Of a stretch of DNA of 56,927 nucleotides, positions 29,161-38,181 are shown in pieces. Each line of letters opens with the position of its first letter. Position 1 is the stretch's first letter. Position numbers and translations under genes: made by a program. The notes under the pieces were generated by a model. That model did no database searches, was not told where the DNA came from, and worked only from the letters and a program-made list of their open reading frames with translations. The stretch is from sequence record SRR31156797_150, one strand, 5' to 3'.

Positions 29161-29247
29161 CCCGGCCATACCAAAGAATTGTAATTTCAGTTATTCTAAC
29201 TGTTACCAGTAAATGTCCGATTTATTCAGGATGGAAAAAATCCCTGC

Positions 29248-30567
29248 CTATTTTTTGCTGTGATCTTCGTGAAACTTCTTCAGCCTGTATTCAAGGTCGG
29301 GAAACTGCGAACGTTGCACCAGGGAAACACACGCACGAATACCTTCATGGCGCTCACTTCCGGTAATATCCAGGGTAATGGCTGAAATACCATAATACAT
29401 GAGTTGGTGCAATAAGTCCGCACCGCTAAATCCAGGGTAGGCAAACGTAAAATAAAATCCATCTGCTATAGGTTTATCCTCGTCTTTATCATACACGATG
29501 TTAAAGCCGTTATCGATGAACATTTTCTTCATGATTTTTGCTTTTTCGCCATATTCCTTTACTTCATTCACAAAATTGAACCGGCCATCATTTGCGGCCT
29601 CCAGCATAGCTGCCAGGGCATACTGTGATGAATGATTGGTGCCCGAACTCAACGAATACATCGTCCCGAAAATCATGGCATAGCCCACATTATCCGATTG
29701 ATAATAACGCAAAAGGTCCGGGGCTGTAGTGTTGAATAGTTTATTGGAAATCACCATCATACCTATTCGTTCCCCGGCATAGCTGAAGGCCTTTGAACTG
29801 GAGATGAGCAGCACAAAATTATCTGTAAAGTTTGCAACAGTTGGCTGGTAAGGTGGTTGACCCGGATTGGAATAATCTTTCCTGAAATCCATGCCAAAAT
29901 AGGCAAGGTCCTCGATTACGATGATGTTGTATTTGTTGGCCAGTTCACCAATAATCCTGAGTTCGTTATCGGTAAAACAAATCCAGGATGGGTTATTGGG
30001 ATTCGAATATAGCAGTGAACAGAAGCGGCCGGTTGACAGGTATGACTCCAATTTATCACGAAGTTTTTCACCCCGGTATTCATAAACATCAAACGATTCC
30101 CAGCCCTGGCCCATTACCCGGAGTTGTTGCTTATGTACAGGAAAGCCGGGATCCAGGAATAATGTTCCTTCACGTTCAGCATACATCCGGTTAAGTGTCA
30201 TAAAGGCAGCAAAACTTCCCTGCATCGAGCCAACTGTTGGGATGCAGCCCTCGGAGTGAACTTCTATGTTCATGAAGTTTTTCACGAATTTTGAAATCTG
30301 TTCTTTCAAATGGCCAACTCCAAAGATGTCAGGATATATGGCGGCAATGCCCTTATCCAGGGCAGCTTTTTGAGCCTCAACGCCAATTTTTGATGGTTTT
30401 AATCCTGGTATGCCCATCTCCATCCTGACGAATTTTTCGCTGGATGCTTTTTCAATTTGATCAACAAGTTTTTTGATTTCACGGATGGATGCCTCTCCGA
30501 CACTTTTTAAACCGCTTTCCTTAATTTTTTCGTTAACAATCTCAAAGTTGATGGGCGTATCTTTCAT
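29248..30567 (-). CDS. PLP-dependent aminotransferase class I/II
   Basis: YSNPNNPSW, IEDLAY, SSSKAFSYAGERIG. Confidence 0.9.
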   Translation of the reverse strand: MKDTPINFEIVNEKIKESGLKSVGEASIREIKKLVDQIEKASSEKFVRMEMGIPGLKPSKIGVEAQKAALDKGIAAIYPDIFGVGHLKEQISKFVKNFMNIEVHSEGCIPTVGSMQGSFAAFMTLNRMYAEREGTLFLDPGFPVHKQQLRVMGQGWESFDVYEYRGEKLRDKLESYLSTGRFCSLLYSNPNNPSWICFTDNELRIIGELANKYNIIVIEDLAYFGMDFRKDYSNPGQPPYQPTVANFTDNFVLLISSSKAFSYAGERIGMMVISNKLFNTTAPDLLRYYQSDNVGYAMIFGTMYSLSSGTNHSSQYALAAMLEAANDGRFNFVNEVKEYGEKAKIMKKMFIDNGFNIVYDKDEDKPIADGFYFTFAYPGFSGADLLHQLMYYGISAITLDITGSERHEGIRACVSLVQRSQFPDLEYRLKKFHEDHSKK

Positions 30568-30815
30568 GCTGTCAATAATTTAGTTATTGGAGAATATAAA
30601 TTTTTGTAGCTAACAAAAATAAAAAAATTTGCAAATGATGTATTAATTTGAAGTACAGAAAGCAGGAATTGGCCTAATTTTTACTGATTACAAAGAGCGA
30701 TGTGGAATAACGATTTGTTATTTGGTTTATGGAATACTCTAAAAAGACAAGCAGGAAATAAATGAGCAGATGTACAGAATAAGAGACCGATGTATCGGCT
30801 TCGATCAACCTGGTT

Positions 30816-31640
30816 TTAATCAATTGCCATTCTAATTTTTACCAATTTAGCCAAAAGCCCCTCCAATAAATCCAACCTGAGCATATTTGCCCCATCAGAT
30901 TTGGCTTTTGCAGGATCGGGGTGGGTTTCGATGAAGAGGCCATCGGCGCCAACGGCAATGCCGGCTTTTGCGATGGTTTCGATGAGTTCGGGTTTACCGC
31001 CTGTTACTCCCGCTGCCTGGTTGGGTTGCTGCAGCGAGTGGGTGCAGTCGAGTACCACAGGCACATTGTTTTTTTGCATTTCCGGGATTCCGCGAAAATC
31101 TACTATAAGATCCTGGTAGCCAAAAGTTGTTCCGCGTTCGGTGAGCATGATGTTTTCGTTGCCGGCTTCCCTCACTTTTTCCATGGCAAATTGCATAGCT
31201 TCGGCAGATAGGAACTGGCCTTTTTTAATATTGACCACTTTCCCGGTTTTTGCGGCTGCCACCAACAAATCTGTCTGGCGACAAAGGAAGGCCGGTATCT
31301 GTAAAACATCCACATAACTGGCAGCCAAAGCTGCTTCTTCAGCTGTGTGGATATCGGTGATCACCGGAACCCCGAGTTTTTCTCTGATCCCTGCCAAAAC
31401 CTGAAGCGCTTTTTCATCACCAATCCCGGTAAAGGAGCTGAGTTTGGAGCGGTTGGCCTTGCGGTAGGATGCTTTAAAAATGCATGGGATTTCCAGCTTG
31501 TTGGTGATATTAATGATATCTTCAGAGATAGCAAATGGTGAAGTTTCATCCTCAATTACACACGGGCCTGCCATTAAAAAGAAATTTCCGGCGTTTTGAT
31601 GTTGAAGTTTTGGAATGTTATGCAAAATATCCTGAATCAT
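30816..31640 (-). CDS. kdsA: 3-deoxy-8-phosphooctulonate (KDO8P) synthase
   Basis: AGPCVIE, KASYRKANRS, QIPAFLCRQTDL, NIKKGQF, ERGTTFGY, DCTHSLQ, ETHPDP..AKSDG; start taken at MIQD. Confidence 0.96.
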   Translation of the reverse strand: MIQDILHNIPKLQHQNAGNFFLMAGPCVIEDETSPFAISEDIINITNKLEIPCIFKASYRKANRSKLSSFTGIGDEKALQVLAGIREKLGVPVITDIHTAEEAALAASYVDVLQIPAFLCRQTDLLVAAAKTGKVVNIKKGQFLSAEAMQFAMEKVREAGNENIMLTERGTTFGYQDLIVDFRGIPEMQKNNVPVVLDCTHSLQQPNQAAGVTGGKPELIETIAKAGIAVGADGLFIETHPDPAKAKSDGANMLRLDLLEGLLAKLVKIRMAID

Positions 31641-31676
31641 GATCTGATGTTTTTTTTGAATATGCAAAGTACAGCA

Positions 31677-32618
31677 TTATTTGTTTTTGATTGAAATTGT
31701 TTCCGGTTGGTCGTTTATCTTAAGGTCGAAAACATCCGGTCTGGCGTAATGGCCGATTGGGTCAAAATCCATTTTTGATCGCGTGATTTCTGAAAGGTCA
31801 AGATCACAAAACAGAATTTCCTCCTTATTCCAGGCAGGGCCCGCAAGAACATCTCCAAGTGGAGAGATAATCACACTTCCACCTGCACTCATGATTTCGG
31901 GCTGGCTTTTAAGCAAGCGTTTTAGGTCATCCGGGTAATCTGATTTCTTTACGAACTGGTTACAGCCCAGCACAAAGCACCGGCCTTCCATGGCAATATG
32001 CCGCATTGTACTTTGCCACGATTCACGGGCATCGGCGGTTGGGGCCAGATAAATCTGTACACCTTTATTATACATCGCCATCCTAGCCTCCGGCATGTAA
32101 TTTTCCCAGCAAATCAGTCCGCCAACTTTAGTAAACCCCAAATCAAAAGTGGATAGTGTAGTGCCGTCGCCTTCACCCCAGATCAAACGCTCCGTTCCGG
32201 TAGGCTTGAGTTTCCGGTGTTTCCCGGCAATGTTGCCGATTTTATCAAAATAGACGATTGAGCAATACAGGCTCCCCGATATTTTATCCCTTTCCGTGAT
32301 GCCCAGCGCTATGAATGCTTTTGCCTTTTTCACAGCTTTGCCGATGATTTCTGTTGCCGGGCCAGGCACTTCAATGGCATTATCACTGTAGCGTTGCCAC
32401 AATTTTCGGCCTTCATTGGACCGGCTTCCAACTACCGCTCCAAAATCCAGTCCACGCGGATAGGCCGGGATAAAAGATTCAGGGAACAGGATCAGTTCAG
32501 CCTGCTGCAGCGCACATTGGTCAACAAGTGAGACCACCTTTTCAACGGTTGCATTTTTATAGAAGAGCTTTGGCGTTGCCTGAACAACAGCCACTTTTAT
32601 TTGATTTTTTGCAGACAT
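31677..32618 (-). CDS. Nitrilase (carbon-nitrogen hydrolase family)
   Basis: Glu-Lys-Cys triad: LFPES, HRKLKPT, ICWENYMP; DPIGHYARPD; start could be 32630. Confidence 0.9.
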   Translation of the reverse strand: MSAKNQIKVAVVQATPKLFYKNATVEKVVSLVDQCALQQAELILFPESFIPAYPRGLDFGAVVGSRSNEGRKLWQRYSDNAIEVPGPATEIIGKAVKKAKAFIALGITERDKISGSLYCSIVYFDKIGNIAGKHRKLKPTGTERLIWGEGDGTTLSTFDLGFTKVGGLICWENYMPEARMAMYNKGVQIYLAPTADARESWQSTMRHIAMEGRCFVLGCNQFVKKSDYPDDLKRLLKSQPEIMSAGGSVIISPLGDVLAGPAWNKEEILFCDLDLSEITRSKMDFDPIGHYARPDVFDLKINDQPETISIKNK

Positions 32619-32633
32619 AAGCAGTAGCATGTT

Positions 32634-33986
32634 TTAACGGAACAGCTCTTTTTTGAATGGATGCGCCTCGGTACTGAAAACATGCTCATCCAGGAAATTT
32701 TCGTCTTCTTTAGAAAAAGTCAGGAAGAGGTATTTTAGCGTTTCGGCAAAGAAGAAAGTCGGCATATTATCCCTGGGCTCTTTGTTAATCACATTTTGCA
32801 TAGAATGGAAAGCCACATCATTTTTGCAGGATTCCAGCAGGTCGGCAAAATATTTTTCATTCATCTGCCTGTATTTTTCATCGCCGGTGATTTTATAAAG
32901 GTAGTATGCCGATTCGATGATCTCCGGGTTTAGATCATACCCCGGATTGGTGATCGAATCCAAACCATAATCATACACCTTGGGCTCCAGCCCGTTTTGA
33001 TCCCAAAGTTTGTCCCAGGAATCCTGTAGTTTTTCGGCTTTATCAACATCCCCCGAAACGGCCAGCAGTGCCGGGAAATAAGCGTCGTAAAGGGTGACGA
33101 TCCTGTTCATCATTTCACCGGTTTGCATGTTGGCCTGCCCATACCAAAAACCATTTTCATGATCTTCGGCGATATATTTATTGATGGCTTTAATGCTGCT
33201 TTCCCACATTTCTTTGGCTTCAGCATCACCAAACAGCAGCCAGCTTTTATAAAGGTATTCCAGGTAGCTGTCGATGCAACAGCCCACATGACTCCGCTCA
33301 TCAGTCCATTCGCCGGTTTCCACATTGATGCGTTCACCGATTAGCCCGATTTCAGAGCGTCGGTCGTAAATGGCCCTGGAAGCTTTTTTGGCAGCTATAT
33401 AATATTTCGGATCATTCGTAAAACGGCTGAGCACGCCCATTTCAAACATGTAGCTTCCGGCTTCGGCAATGTTCACTTCTTCACCTTTAGCTTCGCCGGT
33501 TTTAAGGTTGAACCAATAATACGGGATTCCGGTTGGCGAGTTAAATGCAGCCAGCATCCGGTCACCAAAATCCCTGGCCAGATCAAGCACTTTTTCATCC
33601 TGTGTGTACTGGTACATAGCCAGCATTCCGCCCAAAATCCGGATGTTTACTTCAAAGGTTTTTACGTCCAGGTCTTTGTCGAAATCAACTTCGTTTACAA
33701 TATAGTTTTGCACTTCTTTGGCTTCGGCATCCAAACCCATAACCTTCATGGTACTGTATGCGTCGATGGGGGAGATGTGCAGCGATTGGTCATACCAGTC
33801 GGAGTGGCTTTTGGAGAGTGGTTTTAACACATCATGTCCCCAGGCATAATTTTTATAACCCTGCCATGAGCGCTGAAATTCCTTTTTGACGCTTTCGGAT
33901 AATGATTGGTTTTCGTTTTGTGAGTTTTGACAGGCAGTGAGCCCTGTAAAAAGAATCAAAGCCGTCAGGTAGATCAAATTCTTCAT
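32634..33986 (-). CDS. Glycoside hydrolase family 47 (class I alpha-1,2-mannosidase-like) lipoprotein
   Basis: Lipobox LTAC; YAWGHDVLKP, TFEVNIRILGG, DSYLEYLYK, PEIIES, AETLKYL, STEAHP. Confidence 0.88.
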   Translation of the reverse strand: MKNLIYLTALILFTGLTACQNSQNENQSLSESVKKEFQRSWQGYKNYAWGHDVLKPLSKSHSDWYDQSLHISPIDAYSTMKVMGLDAEAKEVQNYIVNEVDFDKDLDVKTFEVNIRILGGMLAMYQYTQDEKVLDLARDFGDRMLAAFNSPTGIPYYWFNLKTGEAKGEEVNIAEAGSYMFEMGVLSRFTNDPKYYIAAKKASRAIYDRRSEIGLIGERINVETGEWTDERSHVGCCIDSYLEYLYKSWLLFGDAEAKEMWESSIKAINKYIAEDHENGFWYGQANMQTGEMMNRIVTLYDAYFPALLAVSGDVDKAEKLQDSWDKLWDQNGLEPKVYDYGLDSITNPGYDLNPEIIESAYYLYKITGDEKYRQMNEKYFADLLESCKNDVAFHSMQNVINKEPRDNMPTFFFAETLKYLFLTFSKEDENFLDEHVFSTEAHPFKKELFR

Positions 33987-34250
33987 CAAAGCATGTTTTT
34001 GGTTAAGCTGTCAAAAGTATGATTTTTTATCGGCTGTCCAGCCCAACCTGATTTGCTTATCCATACAAATATACTTTTAAATGGCTGTGTCAATGGCGTA
34101 GCTAACGGACACTGGGTTTTTAGAACTCAACAAGATTGTTGGAAGCATTTAACAAAACCTGATGGGTCGGTGTTTATTGGATGGTATTTAAAAACAGATA
34201 ATAAGGCGTTTGTCAGCCCATACTGCGCAACCCCTAATAAAAATTGAATT

Positions 34251-34988
34251 ATGGAAAAAGATAAGAAATCAATTCTTGAACGATTGAATACTAAGTGGGT
34301 AACACCTATTTTTGCAATCGTTGCCGTTGTTTATGGATTTTTTATCCAGGTGAATTTTGACAAGTTGGACACCATATCCAAAAGAATTGACAATGAATTG
34401 CGGGTAAAAGAATTTGATAATAATCTGAAAATGACCATTTACAGCGAGGTAAAAGAAGCCATTCAAAAAAAGGATACTGCGCTGCAAAATGCTACCCTAA
34501 TCGTGATCAACGAGATGCTTCAGGACGATTCGCTTTTCAGGGAGAAGCTAAAAACCGTATTGTTTGCCAGTTCTAATTCCAGAAAATTAATCGAAGTTCA
34601 GCAAAAAATCGATCAGTTTTCTACGGAACAGAAAGCGGTAGAAAAAGAGAAAAATATTACCGGTGATTTCAAAATCGATGTCTTTTACCTGGATGATATT
34701 GTTGATGAGGCCAAACCGCGTGCAGAGAAAATTGTGAAGTTGATCAGGTCGGCGTATCCTGACATGAAAGTTAGGTTAAGGCTTCTGCCAAAAGAGGTGA
34801 ATGCACGAAGCGGATACCGGATCAGTGCCAACCAGATTCGATACAATAAAAACGAGCGTGAAATTGCGGAGGAAGTTTTGGAGTTGATTAAAGAAGAAAA
34901 CATCTTTCCGCTCGAAACCCCGGTTCTGAAGCAAATTGATTATTACGATTCACCAAATTACATCAGCATTTTCGTGCGAAATATGTAA
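34251..34988 (+). CDS. Hypothetical membrane-anchored protein
   Basis: 245-aa ORF with ATG start, one N-terminal TM helix, coiled-coil segment and a globular C-terminal domain. Confidence 0.7.
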   Translation: MEKDKKSILERLNTKWVTPIFAIVAVVYGFFIQVNFDKLDTISKRIDNELRVKEFDNNLKMTIYSEVKEAIQKKDTALQNATLIVINEMLQDDSLFREKLKTVLFASSNSRKLIEVQQKIDQFSTEQKAVEKEKNITGDFKIDVFYLDDIVDEAKPRAEKIVKLIRSAYPDMKVRLRLLPKEVNARSGYRISANQIRYNKNEREIAEEVLELIKEENIFPLETPVLKQIDYYDSPNYISIFVRNM

Positions 34989-35142
34989 AGTCACTCTGTG
35001 ATTTGTGTAAGATAAACACCTCTTTTCCCGGAGGAATCCCGGGGTGACTGTGAAACCAGCCGGCCGTTACAATTTCTGTCCAATTGCATTAGGCTCAGTT
35101 ACTTTATCGATTTGTTCTACTTTTGCGAGAAAATTAATAGAT

Positions 35143-36066
35143 ATGGTATCAGTTGTTGTTCCGGTTTTGAACGAGGAAGAAAACGTTCCTGTTTTGTATA
35201 GGGAAATTGTCGACGCATTAAAGGGTTATGATCTGGAGATCATCTTTTCCGATGATGGTTCCACCGATAAAACCTACGATGTTTTGATGAAGTTGAGGCA
35301 GAATGATCCGCGCCTCAAAATACTGAAAATGCAAAAAAATTACGGCCAGTCTGCCGCACTGGCTGCCGCAATTCAGCATGCAAAAGGAGATATTGTTGCA
35401 ACCCTTGATGGCGATTTGCAAAACAATCCTGCCGATATTCCCATGATGATCGAAAAGTTGAATGAGGGTTACGATTTTGTGGCTGGCTGGCGATTCAACC
35501 GGAAAGATACCTTTTTCAAAAAGCGTTTTTCAAGATTTGGTTACCGATTGAGGAAAACCATCATTGGAAAGGTTGTTCATGATTCCGGGTGTACTCTTCG
35601 CGTTTATAAGAGTAAGGTGGTTAAGAGTCTGGATTTGATGGGCGAGATGCATCGCTATATTTCTGAAATGCTGATTTTGCAGGGCTTTACAGTTGCCGAG
35701 GTGAAAGTTGACCATCGCCCCCGTACTGCCGGAAAAACCAAATATAACCTGCGACGCCTTCCGAAAGGATTTCTGGATTTATTGATGGTAGCTACATGGC
35801 AAAAATACCGTACTCGTCCGCTACACCTGCTGGGAGGCATTGGTCTGGTTGCTATGATCCTTGGATTTCTTACGGGACTTTATTTGGTGATTTACAAATT
35901 TGCCACCGGCGCTGATATCGGTAACCGTCCTTTGTTGCTTCTTTCTGTGCTGCTCATTACTACTGGTATTCAGTTTGTTATCCTTGGTTTTCTGGCAGAT
36001 TTGATGACCAAAATTTACCACCAGGGTGATAAGCGGGAATATATCATCGACAAAGTGGAGGAGTAA
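35143..36066 (+). CDS. Glycosyltransferase family 2 (polyprenol-phosphate glycosyltransferase, ArnC/GtrB-like)
   Basis: SVVVPVLNEE, DDGSTD, NYGQSAA, LDGDLQN, two C-terminal TM helices; -7 element TACTTTTG at 35118-35125 supports the ATG at 35143. Confidence 0.9.
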   Translation: MVSVVVPVLNEEENVPVLYREIVDALKGYDLEIIFSDDGSTDKTYDVLMKLRQNDPRLKILKMQKNYGQSAALAAAIQHAKGDIVATLDGDLQNNPADIPMMIEKLNEGYDFVAGWRFNRKDTFFKKRFSRFGYRLRKTIIGKVVHDSGCTLRVYKSKVVKSLDLMGEMHRYISEMLILQGFTVAEVKVDHRPRTAGKTKYNLRRLPKGFLDLLMVATWQKYRTRPLHLLGGIGLVAMILGFLTGLYLVIYKFATGADIGNRPLLLLSVLLITTGIQFVILGFLADLMTKIYHQGDKREYIIDKVEE

Positions 36067-36206
36067 TTCTTTCCTGATAATCATTACTTTATTTGAGTTT
36101 CAAGAAAAGTAAAGCCTCATTTTATACACAGGCTTGCTTTTTACATCCCCTTGCACGAAATACAAAAACTCTTTTTTACTGTACTTTTGCAGAAAAAGCA
36201 ATTGCT

Positions 36207-36878
36207 ATGAACGTTGGTGAAAATATCCTGAAGATTAAACAGGAAATTCCTGATTATGTCAAATTGATAGCCGTTTCGAAGACCAAGCCGGATGAATTGG
36301 TGATGGATGCCTACGACACCGGCCATCGTTATTTTGGAGAAAATAAGGTACAGGATCTGGCAGCACGGCAGCCCAGGCTCCCCGATGATATCCGGTGGCA
36401 CTTCATTGGCCACTTACAAACCAACAAAGTAAAATTCCTTGCACCATTTGTGAGTATGGTCGAATCTGTGGACCGGTTAAAAGTTTTGCGCGAAATTGAT
36501 AAGCAGGCCGCAAAAGTGGAACGTGTAATTCCCTGTTTGCTGCAGTTTCACATTGCTGAAGAAGATACCAAGTTTGGTTTGGATATGGATGAGGCAAGAG
36601 ACTTGCTGGAAAGTGACGCTTATGGAAAAATGCAGAATATCCTTCTGGCCGGTGTGATGGGCATGGCAACCTACACGGATGACGAAGATCAGATCAGACG
36701 CGAATTCGGTACACTCCGAAACTTCTATAAGCAACTAAAAGTCATGTATTTTGCTGATGATCCTGATTTTAAAGAGATCAGTATGGGCATGTCAGGGGAT
36801 TACAAAATTGCCATCGGGGAAGGCAGCACGATGGTTCGTATCGGGAGTTCCATTTTTGGAGAACGAAATTATCATTAA
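36207..36878 (+). CDS. yggS: PLP homeostasis protein YggS/PROSC
   Basis: LIAVSKT, FGENKVQ, WHFIGHLQTNKVK, SMGMSGDY, GSTMVRIGSSIFG; -7 element TACTTTTG at 36182-36189. Confidence 0.95.
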   Translation: MNVGENILKIKQEIPDYVKLIAVSKTKPDELVMDAYDTGHRYFGENKVQDLAARQPRLPDDIRWHFIGHLQTNKVKFLAPFVSMVESVDRLKVLREIDKQAAKVERVIPCLLQFHIAEEDTKFGLDMDEARDLLESDAYGKMQNILLAGVMGMATYTDDEDQIRREFGTLRNFYKQLKVMYFADDPDFKEISMGMSGDYKIAIGEGSTMVRIGSSIFGERNYH

Positions 36879-37058
36879 AATAAGTTATACGATTTTTCGC
36901 TTTTTGGAAGCCGGATTTTAGAAATGTCCGGAAAAAAAAAGCAGTCCACGGTCGGCAGTCCTCAGTTAGTTTACTGCCTTCTGGTTTTGTATCAGGTTTA
37001 TTTGGTTTTCATCGTATCTGAAAAACTGGAAGCAGGAAATTTAAAACAAAAATTGCCA

Positions 37059-38012
37059 ATGGTTTATGTGCTGTTTGTAATCGGTTTTGTTGTGCTTATC
37101 GTTGGAGCAAATATTTTGGTGGATGGCGCCAGTTCTGTGGGCACCAAAATGAAGATGTCTCCGGTGGTAATTGGCTTCACCATTGTTGCGCTTGGAACTT
37201 CCCTGCCTGAACTCATCATTAATATTTTTGCTGCTGCCGAGGGCGAAACCGACCTGGCCATTACCAATGTGCTGGGGAGCAATATCATGAACACGCTGTT
37301 CATAATTGGTACCTCAGCATTCATATACCAAATCGTTCCCGGCAGGCGAACCATCATTACCCTGGTGCCAATCAGTCTTTTTGCGGCTATTGTATTGGGT
37401 GTTTTCGCCAATGTGCAGATCAGGAATTTCTCTTTGCCTACGGCTATCAGCCAGGGAGAGGGCTTAATCATGATTGGCCTGTTGGTGGCCTACCTGTTGT
37501 TTTCTTACCGTTTTTCAAAATCAGAATCCGAATTGGTTCCTGAGGAAATAAAAACTTTTTCCTCAGGGCGGTCAATAGGAATGATCGCCATTGGTGTTGC
37601 AGGTTTGTACTTTGGCGGAACCTGGGTGGTGGATGGTGCTGTGGTGATCGCTACAGAGTTTGGGATGAGCAGTGCTCTTGTTGGGATAACCATCATAGCT
37701 GTGGCAACTTCATTACCTGAACTAGTGACTTCAACTATCGCTGCATTGAAAAAGAATTCGGGGGTGGCTATTGGAAATGCACTGGGGTCGAATATTTTCA
37801 ATATTTTCCTCGTGCTGGGACTGAGTTCCATCATCCGCCCATTGCCATTTAATACCGCACTAAATTTTGATATGGGTGTCATGATTGTTTCAAATCTTGT
37901 TGTGGCGCTTTTTGTTTATGTTGGTCGTGGCCGGATGATTACCCGTTTAGAGGGCGGTATTATGATGCTGGTTTATCTTGCATACATCGTTTGGTTGGTT
38001 TTAAGCAACTAA
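37059..38012 (+). CDS. Calcium/sodium antiporter (YrbG/CaCA family)
   Basis: Two alpha-repeats GTSLPEL...GSNIMN and ATSLPEL...GSNIFN; about 10 TM segments. Confidence 0.92.
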   Translation: MVYVLFVIGFVVLIVGANILVDGASSVGTKMKMSPVVIGFTIVALGTSLPELIINIFAAAEGETDLAITNVLGSNIMNTLFIIGTSAFIYQIVPGRRTIITLVPISLFAAIVLGVFANVQIRNFSLPTAISQGEGLIMIGLLVAYLLFSYRFSKSESELVPEEIKTFSSGRSIGMIAIGVAGLYFGGTWVVDGAVVIATEFGMSSALVGITIIAVATSLPELVTSTIAALKKNSGVAIGNALGSNIFNIFLVLGLSSIIRPLPFNTALNFDMGVMIVSNLVVALFVYVGRGRMITRLEGGIMMLVYLAYIVWLVLSN

Positions 38013-38181
38013 CTAATAACCTCAGGAATTCCAGATTTTTTGAAGTGTGTAACAGGTCAGATTATCACCTTAAATCCGGCATATTAATAAATCATTAATT
38101 TTTTCCACAAAATTTTGCCAGGCTCCTTAAAAGCAGGTAATTTGCCGCCTTTAACTGAGAGATTTACCAAGGGTAAGAAGC

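Noticed and set aside
34053-34247. 64-aa ORF, or an attC-like cassette site, upstream of the orphan membrane gene
   Set aside because: TTG start with no motif, and I could not find properly paired R/L boxes or an integrase
36911-36940. CCGGA...TCCGG hairpin as the yggS terminator
   Set aside because: Followed by an A-run rather than a T-run on the coding strand, and the stem is weak
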